64,000 bases of DNA from Chiloscyllium plagiosum (Eukaryota), in assembly GCF_004010195.1 (NCBI RefSeq), contig NC_057710.1, positions 74,126,257-74,190,256 of the forward strand, written 5' to 3'. Shown here piece by piece: positions 13,290 to 24,540 of this stretch (positions are counted from its first letter, which is position 1; each line of letters begins with the position of its first letter). The translations under genes and the position numbers were made by a program. The notes under the pieces were generated by a model. That model ran no database searches. It was given only the letters and a program-made list of their open reading frames with translations, and had not been told where the DNA came from.

Positions 13290-16200
13290 GACAGAGAGAA
13301 ACAAGGGCTACCGGAAAGGGAGAGCGTGAGAACCGTTTTTAAAGGAACAGCTGAGGGAGAAGCCACAGGGCTGACGGCTATGTATTTGGGCAGCAGCTGA
13401 ATCCCGAGATACTAGACGTGTAGTGTCTCCCACCCACCATCTTCCTCTAACAAAAACAAAATGACTATTGTGTGTAGCTAAGGTAAGGCATTTCAGTTGG
13501 TATTTCTTGTGTATCTTGTGATTGATTAAAAGTTGGTTAATTGAATAAGACCATGGAGAAGTACTAGAAATTATTTGACTCATAAATTTGTATAAATTGG
13601 TTAATTAAATTGAGATGGCTGGTCAGGTGATGTGCTGTAGCTGTATGATGTGGGAGCTGGCTGATCCCATTGTGAACGGCAGTGACCAAATCTGCAGCAA
13701 GTGTTGGTTGCTGGAAGAACTCCAGATCAGAGTTGATGATCTGGAATCTGAGCTTCAAACACTGCGGCACATCCGGGAGGGGGAGAGTTACCTGGATGCT
13801 TTGTTTCAGGAGGCAGTCACACCTGGCAGATTAAGTAATTCAAATTCAGTTAGTGATCAGGGACAACAGAGTGTGACTGTAAATGAGGCAGGTAGGAGGC
13901 TTCTGAGTTCAGGAGTGGAGGAGCCTCAGCCCTCGACCTTGTCCGAAAGGTATGAGATTTTTGCTCCCTGTATGGATGAGTTAAAGGGCTGTGGACAGGA
14001 TGACCACAGCACCATGGTGCAGAAGGCTATTCAAGAAGGGGTAGCAAAAATACAAGTAGTTGTTATAGGGGATTCTATAATAAGGGGGACAGATAGTATC
14101 TTTTGTGAGCTGGATCGGGGGTCCCTCATGATGTGTTGCGTGCCCCGTGCCAGGGTGCAGGATATCTCCAACCGGCTTGAAAGGATACTGGAGCAGGAGG
14201 GAGAAGATCCCGTTGTTGTGATCCACGTTGGCACTAACAACATAGGCAAGGCTGGGAAGGAGGATCTGTTTGGGGAGTATCATGCACTAAGAAGGAAATT
14301 GAAGAACAGGTCCTTGAGGGTCATAATTTCTGGATTACTGCCCGAGCCACGTGCTAATTGGTATAGGGATAAGAAAATTACAGGAGTGAACACGTGAATT
14401 GGAGATTGGTGTGGGAAAGAGGGATTCCATTTCATGGGACATTGGCATCAGTTTAGGAACCGGGGGATCTGTACCATTGGGGTGGTCTCCACCTGAACCA
14501 ATCTGGAACCATTGTTCGAGTAAAAAGGATAAATAGAGTTTTAACTAGGACTTTAAACATGTAAGTCGGGGGCAAGGGAAAAGGAAAGCGACAGGGAGTA
14601 TGGAGTCAAGTAGAAAAATAAGCAACAGGTTAGCATGTGTGCAGAGTTTAAGTTCAAGGCAGGGTAGGAATGAAGCAAAAAGGAAGGATAACTTAGGACA
14701 TATTACTAGAGGTGTTAGAAATCATGAGGATAACAAAATTAGTATTAAGTTGCTTTACCTGAATGCTCATAGTATTTGTAACAAAGTAGATGAATTAATG
14801 GCACAAATCATCATGAATGATTATGATGTGGTAGGCAGGGGGTTGAGGACCGGCAATTAAACATTCAAGGATTTACAACTTATCGGAAAGACAGGGAGGT
14901 GGGCAGAGGGGGTGGGTTTGCCTTGTTAGTTAAGAATGAAATTAAATCTATGGCATTAAATTTCCTGGCCCCAATGGGCTACATCCTAGAGTTCTGAGGG
15001 AGGTGGCTGAGAAAATAGTGGAGACATTGGTTGTGATCTTTCAAAAGTCACTGGAGTCAGGGAAAGTCCCATTTGATTGGAAAATTGCTGTTGTATCCCT
15101 CTTGTTCAAGAAAGGATGAAGACAAAAGATGGAAAATTATAGGCTGATGAGCCTAACCTCGGCTGTAGGTAAAATTCTAGAATCTAACGTTAAGGATGAG
15201 ATTTCTAAATTCTTGGAAGTGCAGGGTTGGATTAGAACAAGTCAGCATGGATTTAGTAAGGGGAGGTCATGCCTGACAAACCCGTTAGAACTCTTTGAAG
15301 ATGTAAGAAGTAGGTTAGACCAGGGAAACCCAATGGATGTTATCTACCTAGACTTCCAAAAGCCCTTTGATATGGTGCCTCATGGGAGGTTGCTGAGTAA
15401 GGTGAAGGCCCATGGTGTTCGAGGTGAGATACTGGTATGGATTGAGGATTGGCTGTTTGACAGAATGCAGAGAGTTGCGATAAAAGGTTCTTTTATGGAA
15501 TGGCAGCCGGTGACAAGCGGTGTCCCGCAGGGTTCAGTGTTGGGGCCGCAGCTGTTCACGTTATATATTAATGATCTATATGAAGGGACTGGGGGCATTC
15601 TGGAGAAGTTTGCCGATTATATGAAGTTAGGTGGATAGGCAGGTAGTACGGAGGAGGTGGGGAGGCTGCAGAAAGATTTAGACAGTTTAGGAGAATGGTC
15701 CAGGAAATGGCTGATGTAATTCCATGTGAGCAAATGTGAGGTCTTGCACTTTGGAAAAAAGAATACAAGCATGGTCTATTTACTAAACGATGAGAAAATT
15801 CATAAAGACAAAGGGATCTGGGAGTGCTAATTCAGGATTCTCTAAAGGTTGACTTGCAGGTTGAGTCCGTGATTAAAAAAGCAAATGTAATGTTGTCATT
15901 TATCTCAAGAGGGTTGGAATATAAAAGCAGCGATGTGTTTCTGAGACTTTTTAAAGCTCTGGTTAGGCCCCATTTGGAATACTGTGTCCAGTTTTGGACT
16001 CTGCCCCTCAGGAAGGACATACTGGCACTGGAACATGTCCAGTGGAGATTCACATGGATGATCCCTGGATTGGGAGGCCTAACATACGATGAACGGCTGA
16101 GAATCTTGGGATTGTATTCATTAGAGTTTAGAAGGTTGAGGGGAGATCTAATAGAAACTTACAAGATAATGCATGGCTTGGAAAGGGTGGACACTGAGAA

Positions 16201-16527
16201 ATTGTTTCTGTTCGGTGGGGAACTAGGACCCGTGGGCACAGCCTTAGAATTAGAGAGGGTCAATTTAGAACGGAAATGAGGAGACATTTCTTCAGCCAGA
16301 GAGTGGTGGCCCTGTGGAATTCATTGCCGCAGAGCACAGTGGAGGCTGGTACGTTAAATGTCTTCAAGGCAGAGATTGATAAATTCTTGATCTTGCAAGG
16401 AATTAAAGGCTACGGGGAGAATGCAGGTAAGTGGAGTTGAAATGGCCACCAGTCATGATTAAATGGCAGAGTGGACTCGATGGGCCGAGTGGCCTTACTT
16501 CCACTCTTTTGTCTTTTGGTCTTATGG
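13290..16527 (+). mobile_element. Near full-length CR1 LINE with internal ORF2 deletion
   Basis: 5' UTR, ORF1, start of endonuclease (LYLNAHSICNK..YDVVG), jump at about 14960 to PGP.GLHPRVL, RT (NYR..SLTS, DFQK.FD.VPH, GVPQGSVLGP.LF, FAD), C-terminus and tail; 5' boundary approximate. Confidence 0.92.
13615..14397 (+). pseudogene. CR1 ORF1 (zinc finger, coiled coil, SGNH esterase), prematurely terminated
   Basis: CCSC..CSKC; LEELQIRVDDLESELQTL; VIGDSIIRG; VIHVGTNN; the reading continues past the stop as WCGKEGFHF.GHW and GLHLN. Confidence 0.85.
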
Positions 16528-17054
16528 ATATGTGCTGTAAGTCACTCTGAATTCCTGGACCACATTTAATCTGTATTGGTGGTCAGAGAAACATTTCCCA
16601 GATTTTTTTTCCTTTTGAATTCATAGAGAATTTTTTTTTGCCTTTTGCAGGTCATTACATAGTTTCCAATGGGTAGAGAAATCACTGGAGATAACTGCAC
16701 TCTCCATGTTCATTCTGACTTCATGACTCAGTCTCTATTGACTTTTTGCTCTCTTCTTATTGTCATTTTCATGGACACAGAAGGTAAAGTTCCTGTCTTA
16801 CTGACTTACTTAACTTGTTGAGGAAGTGCCAAGCAAAGTGAACTGAGCGAAGTCTTATCATTTGGTGTACCGAGATTGCTAAAACCCTTTGTATAAACTG
16901 TTCCATGAAAAGCAATGCAACAAACTCAAAGCTGTGGCAATTCAGGGACCAAATAGGAAAATGACTGAAAGGTATATAACAATGTGTACATCTTAGTTGG
17001 AGTTATGTCAAATCCCATGGAGCTCATTTCTGGAATTACCTATTAGTTCAAGGT

Positions 17055-17215
17055 TTGCAACAGGAAGCAGCAGGAACAAAACCAAATAAATTCTAGAAGA
17101 CAGTACAGCAGCCATTCACAAGAGGCACCAAAGCACTGATGATATCACCTAGAAAGGGGATGAAACATCTGCAAATCAACTTCCCAGCTTAGCAACATAC
17201 CCATAACCATGATCA
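17055..17215 (+). mobile_element. Penelope-like 3' end containing a hammerhead-like motif
   Basis: gca-CTGATGA(17136)-t-atcacct-agaa-aggggat-GAAA-CATC-tgc. Confidence 0.6.
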
Positions 17216-17489
17216 CCTCTTGGCTCTTGTTTAAATGAGCGATCTGGATTCATAATTTGCAGATAATATCAAACGTAAACTTCCTGAATGGTATTGAAAT
17301 GGCTAAGGACAAAGAAGAGAGAGATTTGGTTTCTTAATGGAATCATAGTTGAACATGTCCGATGGGTGTAATCAGCTAGCATTGCCAATAGAATGTTGAC
17401 CAAGATGGGAAAGCAGTAGAATTATATTTGAGTATTGTGTGGAATATATAGGTTAAATCAATATATCCTAGAAAATCATGAAACTGCTC

Positions 17490-17647
17490 TCTCATTAGAG
17501 AGTTGATTGGTGGCAGTTTAACCTCAGGGTGACCATGCTTCAGGCAGAGAGCACAGTTGAGAAAGTGGGAACCTCATGATAACCTCATGCTGTTGGCATC
17601 ACTTGCACTGCAAAATACCTGTCCAGCCAACTAAGCTAACCAGTCCC
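17490..17647 (-). mobile_element. tRNA-derived SINE remnant
   Basis: Reverse complement begins gggactggttagcttagttggctgg..tgatgccaacagcatgaggtt; related fragment at about 47590-47680. Confidence 0.5.
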
Positions 17648-20049
17648 TTCAGTATCGAATCAAGCAAAAGTTATTTTGACATTGAAATATAAGGGACATA
17701 GGTAGTTTGTGTTAGTTTCTGTTCCCCAGCAAATATCAATCCCCCCGAAACTCCTCTCACTTTTTGTCAGCCCCCTAACCCTGAATTAGCTCAATTATGT
17801 ACATTAAAATTAGTCTTTGATGATGTTGCAGGTCCAGCTTTTCTGTGTTGAGACAAGACCCAACTGAGATTTGTGAAGGGATGTGAGAGCCAGTGGACAT
17901 GAGCGGATATTGGCTGGCCTAAAGAGTTGTGGGGGCATTTTAATTTCCATTTCGGTTTGGAATATATTTTTTTCTGTGATGTTCTTTTCCATTCTGCCTA
18001 TACCTGACTGAATCTGGGACCGGTGAATGAGTCTGACGCTAATTCCCCTATACATGCCAAAAAAAAGTAACAACAAAAATTAACCCCATGGTCAAAAAGC
18101 GCGTATTCGCGGTACTTTTAATCATTTCAATGTATTTTTATTGAACTCTGCACGTGAATTTCTTCACTTGCAGGCATTCTCAGGAACGGAAGCCTCTTGC
18201 GTAATTCCGCCTCCACAAGCCTCCAAAGTGGAAGTGTCTGAGTTATTGTGTAGAAATTAGGAACCAAGTGCTGCAAAAAGTTAGTTCAAGAGGGTTGGAA
18301 CATTTCACTTGAATCGTAAAATACCAGTTGTCTTTTCACTGCATGAGAAAATACACCACAGAGACTTTCCACCTAATAGTCTGCCAGATAACTGAGAAAA
18401 TTACTGTAATTTATATAGTGCTGAGCTAAATTCACCACCGTATCTAACAGCTTTGTGCAGTAACTATGAGTGATTGAAATTTCAAACAGTAACATTTGTC
18501 CAACTTTCAGTGTCCACAGAAAAAAGAAAGATGAGCCAGCGCAGTCTTCCACTCCCTGGAAGTGGTGGGGAAAGTAGCAGGAATAATCAAATGGGTTAAT
18601 GCCTTTTTACTCCCAAACAAGTTTTAGGTAGCAGGTTTGGAAAGCTCATAGTCAATTTGCCAGATCCGCAATCAGCTGATAATTTGCCCAACCTAGGGCT
18701 GATTGGTGCAAGAAATGGGGGCCTTTGGGATAGAAACAGAAAGCCACTAGCTGCTATTCCTACTGACACCCCTTGCCTTGCTGATGGCTCTTTCCCATGG
18801 GAGATCTCCCATCACTGCAACCTGCCCCCTCCCCATCACCACCAAAAAGCAATTTACCTTCATGCTGTTCCCAGTCTTCAGTGCTGGTCTGCAGCCAGAT
18901 GGAATCTGGGCCTGCAAAGCAGTAGCTGCTCCTCACTGACTGTTAGCTTCCACTTAACCGGCAGTTTCAAGCAGTGTGGGGCATCACTATCCCAGCAAGT
19001 CAATGACCAATAAGCAGTGTCGGGTGGTCACTGAAGTGCCAGCTTAGTGCTTGAACCATTGGGCGTTCTTGTTGATGGTAGTGAGGAAGTCTTAGTCTTA
19101 ATGACACCCACCTCCTCACTTTAATTGAAACAGAGAAAAATCCTGCCTTAGAAAACAGAACCATGAAGGTTTTCCTAATTTCTTGGAAAGCTTTTTGGGG
19201 TAAATTTAATGACTCAACCCCACAGGAGCAGCTGGGAGGTGTGGGCATGCAACATATAAAAGATTGGGAAGCCTTGGTGTGTAAAGACAAAGCCTTCTTA
19301 ACTCTCTGTTTCGAGAAAAGCCTTTGCAGTGGAAGGTTCTTAAATGCAAGGCTCAGGAGTGGGAGAAAAGACACAATGCTAGTCACCATGTCCAATGACT
19401 TCGGTGGGGGCCTGGGTTTGGGCAGCACCACCCTCAGTGACCAATCAGAGCAAAGTTTTCCAATATGTGTGAGAGACGGTATCTGCAAGTAGCTGCTGCT
19501 CCAATCAGAGATTCTGACTCTGTTAAGTTCCTCCAATCACAGATGCTTCTCTCCTACATTCGCCACTGATAGGCTGATCAGTGACTTTGTCAGCATCATA
19601 CACATTCAGCAATATTCTGTGAATGGAGGAACAGCTTGAAAGGTAATCCCTGTGCCAGGGTCTGGGCCACAGGGGTGGCCTCTGGTTTGCTATTGGCTCA
19701 ATCTATTTAATGGTCTCTCAAAACAGAACACAGTCATCTCAGGGATCAATTTAGTGAACTTTAATTGCACTCTCTATTGCTTCCTGGACAGTATGGACTC
19801 TTATTACAAAGATAACTGCAGCATCTCAACAAGCCTTCTTCAACATTATCTCCCAAACAGGTGACCTTATCACCAAGAAGGAATTTAGCACATGAGAATA
19901 CCACAATTGTATGCTACCTTCCATTTTATACAGACTTGGATACATTTTTTTTCCTTTACCATTGCTGGGTCAAATCTGGGAGCTCCTGTGAAAGTTTCTT
20001 CATCTGTAGTGACTGAAGAACACAGCCTAAGATCACCTTTCCAAGAGTA

Positions 20050-20269
20050 AAATATCACACAACACCAGATTATAGTCCAACAGGTTTAATTGGAAGCAAC
20101 TAGCTTTCGGAGCGACACTCCTTCATCAGGTGGTTGTGATGAATCACCTGATAAAGGACCGACACTCCGAAAGCTAGTGTGTTTCCAATTAAACCTGTTG
20201 GACTATAATCTGGTGTTGTGTGATTTTTAACTTTGTACACCCCAGTCCAACACTGGCATCTCCGAATCA
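20050..20269. mobile_element. Palindromic Penelope-derived insertion with two opposed hammerhead cores
   Basis: 42-bp perfect inverted repeat 20054-20095 / 20183-20224; minus core CTGATGA-AGGAG-TGTCG-CTCC-GAAA-GCTA; plus core CTGATAA..GAAAGCTA; flanks tttccaagagta / tttctaaaagta. Confidence 0.85.
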
Positions 20270-20499
20270 TTTCTAAAAGTAGTTAGAGATAGAGAATAAA
20301 TGTTGGCTCACATCACACCAATGAATAAATAGTGTGTCAATAATCAACAGTCAAGTATTTGACAAGTATCCCTTATCCTAGAATCTGGCAAAATGATTTT
20401 AGAAGTGTTTTATGAAATGCAAGTCAATAGAGCTTTCTGTTTGTTAGTTCTTGGAAAATATTCACTTTCCTTTAATCTTTCATGTGATGACCAGCAAGG

Positions 20500-20720
20500 T
20501 CAGAATTTTTTGCCCATCCCTAATTGCTGTTCAATTGAGTAGCATGCGAGGTTATTTCAGTAAGAGTCAGTTTTGTTGACGTAGATGTGGATAGACTCAG
20601 ATATAGGCCAGACTGGGTGAATACGCAGATTTCCTTCTCAAAAGGACATTAAAATCTGGATAATTGATAATAGCTATCATGATCACCACCACTGAAACAA
20701 GTTTTATATTCCAGAATCAA
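20500..20720 (-). mobile_element. DeuSINE-like remnant
   Basis: ttgcccatccctaattg..ataggccagactgggtga..agatttccttc..aaggacatta; matches 33165-33520 inverted. Confidence 0.55.
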
Positions 20721-21460
20721 ATTCAACCCCCTTCCCCCCCATAAGTTTTCTTACAACTCTGTAAGTTCTTTTTCTTCAATTACTTGTTCAATTCCATTTT
20801 AAAATTAGTTATGGAATTAGTTTCCACCACTCTGTAAAAACAATTCCCCTCTGGACCTTTTACCAATGATTTTAGATCTTGAGTTTTTGACGCATTTGTC
20901 AGAAGGAGTAAAGTTTCTCTGTTGACTCTATCAAAAAGCAAAACCTTCTGGCTGTGGATAGTGGGGAGGCAAGTTAATTAATCGGGGTGCCCCATTACCT
21001 TCTCAGCTCCACCAAAAGTAAGTTCTGACAAGGATAGCCTATAGTCAATAATCCTGTGCTGTCACCAATTGAAGGCATGGCCACTCAAAGGGCTTAGGTC
21101 TGTGCTTCAGTTATCACAGCTCCAAGCAGCATGTAAAATATTCAGTTACCTGACTGGTAAACCAGTGCAGGCTGACAGTTCCTGAGTGCGGGATTCTTTG
21201 ATCTTCGCTAAATCATGCACAATTGAGGGCACAGACATAAGGTGCTAAGGTTCACATATTAACCACTCTGTTTCCCTCTGTCTGGAGCAGCCAACATTAG
21301 AAAACACACTTGCCCTTCTTCCTTCTCCATTTAAGCACTTTTCTGAAACCTTGGTTTTTTTGCATTCTGACTGTCGTTCCACTAGCAGCCACACTGTAGC
21401 ACTACCAAATGCAAGAACTGCTGGCCTCTGTTTGGCTGGCACTTACTTTCTTGGTTGTCT

Positions 21461-21550
21461 GGCTTGTTGGTCTAGGGGTATGGTTCTCGGTTTGGGTCTT
21501 CTACTGTGGAGTCTTGCCAGAGATCCTGGGTTCAAATCCCGGACGAGCCA
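21461..21550 (+). tRNA. trnP: tRNA-Pro(UGG)-like gene or pseudogene with an 18-nt intron-position insertion (21497-21514)
   Basis: After removing 21497-21514 it matches the canonical vertebrate tRNA-Pro sequence as I recall it at 65 of 72 positions by eye; acceptor GGCTTGT/ACGAGCC and T-arm CTGGG-TTCAAAT-CCCGG pair; anticodon TGG at 21493-21495; anticodon stem has 2 mismatches. Confidence 0.85.
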
Positions 21551-21574
21551 GCGTTTCTTAACTTTACTTGGGTA

Positions 21575-21675
21575 TTCCTGATGAAGGGCTTTTGCCCGAA
21601 ACGTTGATTTTACTGCTCCTTGGATGCTGCCTGAACTGCTGTGCTTTTCCAGCACCACTAATCCAGAATCTGGTA
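21575..21675 (+). ncRNA. Penelope pLTR fragment with intact minimal hammerhead ribozyme core
   Basis: tc-CTGATGA(21578)-A-GGGC-TTTT-GCCC-GAAA-CGTT-ga. Confidence 0.75.
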
Positions 21676-22267
21676 CTACTTACTGGGCGGGACTAGCCTC
21701 TGGGACCTGATTTAAGAAGAAGGTCTGTTGCTGTATTTTAAACTGCCTGATTGAAAAAGGTACATGTTCTGCAAAATCAGTTTGATTAACTAATAGAGTT
21801 TTTTTGAGGAAGTCTCACCCAGAGTGGAAAAAGGGGAAACAAGTAGATGTATTGTATATGGATTTTCAGAAGGCTTTTGATAAGGGACTTCCCAAAAGCT
21901 TAAGTCATAAGATAAAGAGTCCACAGTGTTGTAGATAATATTGGTATGTAAACAGAACTGACTCATATGCAGGAAACATTGGGTGAGGATGAGGGGTTCT
22001 TTTTCAAATTGGCAACCTGTAACCAGTGGGGTATCACAGGGATCAGTGCTGGGACTGCAACTGTTTACAATATATATTAATGACTTCGCAGTAGAAAGAG
22101 CATGTATTGTGATAACACTAAAATAGGTGGAAATGCAGTTTATGAGAAGGATACAAACAGTTTACAGATATTGATAGGTTCAGGAATTGACTAAAAAGCT
22201 GACAAATGGAGTATAATGTGGAAAAGTGCAATGTTGTTCGTTTTGAAGGGAGAGCAAACGAACAGAA

Positions 22268-23312
22268 GATTCAAGATGGCAGTGGCAGAATAGTAGCAGT
22301 CGGGACACTGAACCCAGAACTTGTCCACTTCAGCTTGCTTTTCTTTTCTTTTTCAATTTCTCTTCTTCTCCTTTTTACTTTTACTTTCTCTTTTCTTTTT
22401 GTTTTATCTTTAAATTCTTTAAAGCCTCAGTTGTAGGAACATCAGTGAGAGTGGGCCGCGCGTGGAATGGCACATGAAGATGGTGGCACAGGCCTGGGGA
22501 GTGGTGAAGCTGAGTGAATGTTGAAGGGGAGGTGTCTGGTGGCAGCAACGCCAGGAGGAGGCAGACACAGCTCCGTCCCAATCTGAGGTCTCCCACTGAG
22601 CAAGGAGCAGGTCCCAGGCTTCATCCGGGGCGAAAGTGAGAACTGTAGATGCTGGAGATCAGAGTCAAGATTAGAGTGGTGCTGGAAAAGCACATCAGGT
22701 CAGGCAGCATCTGAGGAGCAGGAAAATTGACGTTTTGATTTTCCTGCTCCTTGGATGCTGCCTGATCTGCTGTACTTTTCCAGCACCACTCTAATCTTGA
22801 CCCAGGCTTAATCCCCTGGTCCAGACTCACAGAATCATCTGAGGTTCCAGATCCGGGTACCTCAGGGCGGAGGTGGCAATGGCAGCGAGTTTGGCCCCAG
22901 CGCAGAACCCTGGGGCACTGGCGGTGCCTGCATTGGTGAAGTTGGCCTAGTATGAACTCATGGCGGCGGCAGCATTGGTGGAGGCAAGGTGGTGCCAGAG
23001 AGCAGGGAAGTCTTTGCTCTGGCGGCAGTGGTGTGGTGGAGTGTGGTTGCAGCAATGCTGTCGGTTTAGCAGGAGGGAATCGAGACATTGGGGTGGAGGA
23101 GCTGAGCTAGAAGCGGGACTTGTTCTAGAGACCATCTAACTTTCTTAAGGTAAGACTATAAGATGAACTTCATTGTTTTGTTTTTCTGGCTTTACATTCC
23201 ATGGTTTGGTTTATTTTCTGTGTTTTAAGATGGCGACAGAGTGGTGAAACAAAACCAAACATTTCACTCAACTTTTAATAAATACACATGACAATAACTG
23301 AATTAAATCAAA
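22268..23312 (+). mobile_element. Unclassified GC-rich non-autonomous insertion
   Basis: Interrupts the CR1; begins near tcaagatggc; ends ttttaataaatacacatgacaataactgaattaaatcaa (retroposon-like tail). Confidence 0.5.
22627..22800. mobile_element. Palindromic Penelope-derived insertion lacking the hammerhead cores
   Basis: Arms tcaagattagagtggtgctggaaaag.. / ..cttttccagcaccactctaatcttga; flanking duplication cccaggcttcatcc (22613-22626) / cccaggcttaatcc (22801-22814). Confidence 0.85.
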
Positions 23313-23379
23313 ATATTATTGAAATGGAGAAAAACTGCAGAAAGCTGCAACATTTTTGGCAAGACTGGGGGTTTCTGAC

Positions 23380-23700
23380 CATTCCTAATTGCCTTTGAAC
23401 TGAATGGCTTGCTCAGTCACATCAGTGGTTAGTGATTCAACCACATTACTCAGTTTTCAGAGCTGCACGATGGTCAGACCAGGTAAACTAAGCAGATTTC
23501 CTTTGCTAAAGGTAATTAATGAATCAGATGAGTTTTTATGACAATCAATGATAATTTCATGATCACCTGTACTGAGGCTAGCTTTCAATTTGAGGAGATT
23601 ATTAACTTGAATCCAAGTTCCACCAGGTGCCATGGTGGAGTTTGAATATGTGTCCCCATGCCATCAGCCCAGGCTTGTGACATTGCGTGTGTGTCATTGC
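23380..23700 (-). mobile_element. DeuSINE-like element
   Basis: cctaattgcc..tggcttgct..caaccacatt..gtcagaccaggtaa..gcagatttcc..tgccatggtggagtttgaa; inverse of 33165-33520. Confidence 0.6.
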
Positions 23701-23789
23701 CTCGCTAAATCTCTTTTCATGATCTCTTTGTTTTTATATTCTATTCTTCTATTATAAAACTCAGTAGCTGATATGCCTTATTACTCACA

Positions 23790-24540
23790 TTATTAACTTG
23801 CCTTACCCCTCACCCCCTTTTTAAAGATCTGTATACATGGACACAAACGTCTTTGCTTACTCACACTTTGTAAATTTGTGCCATTTACAGAATAATTTCT
23901 TTCCATATGGAACCTCCTAAACTGTATGGTCTCCTCATTGAATTCTGCCTGCCAATGTTTCTGCCCATTTTCCCATCCCATCTCCGTTATCCTGAAGCCT
24001 AAAACTACCATCATCCCAATTATTGGTTTTTCAAGATTTATATCTCCTGATATAAATTCTACTTTGAAATTCTACATCCTACACCCAAGTGCAGGCTATT
24101 TAAAACAAAAATTCCGACAAGTATTGGACCGTATGGAAAAACTAACCCTTATGGAACACTCCTTCAAACTACCTCTTTATCGGAAAGACCGTCATCCACA
24201 CTATCCTTTGTTTCCTGACAATGAACAAGTTTTTGTATCCATTCTGTCATTTCCCCCCCCCCCCCCCCTTAATTTTGTCTGTATTAATTAGCTTCATGTT
24301 TGTCATTTTGTTGACTATGATCCCTATACAACATGTACTGCACTGCCTTGAATGCCTTTTCAGTTACTTCAGCAGAGAATTCATTCAAACAACCAAACAT
24401 GCTGGGTCTCTTTAATTGACTCATGTCTTGCCAAATGAAGTTTTACTTGGTTCTTCATAATAGTTTCCAATGGATTCCCTATCGATGTTAGCTTGACTTA
24501 CCTGCACTTTCCTGATTTATCCTTCCTCTTTTCCGAATAG
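23790..24540 (-). mobile_element. Decayed CR1 RT fragment
   Basis: WQAEFN..YSVNGT.L.SV..QR.L in ORF 23793..24014; further RT-like pieces upstream on the minus strand. Confidence 0.55.

Larger units (their letters stand above)
21740..23351 (+). mobile_element. Decayed CR1 RT split by a ~1 kb insertion (CR1 parts 21740-22267 and 23313-23351)
   Basis: DVLYMDFQKAFDK, SGVSQGSVLG, QMEYNVEKC; resumes tattattgaaatggagaaaaactgcag after 23312. Confidence 0.75.

Noticed and set aside
18100-18240. Small CpG-containing patch with CACGTG and CGGAAG motifs
   Set aside because: Too short for a CpG island; single motifs are uninformative
20109-20168. Stem II loops (cgaca) appearing in the same orientation in both arms, suggesting a micro-inversion
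   Set aside because: Explainable by CpG decay and one substitution in a near-palindromic loop
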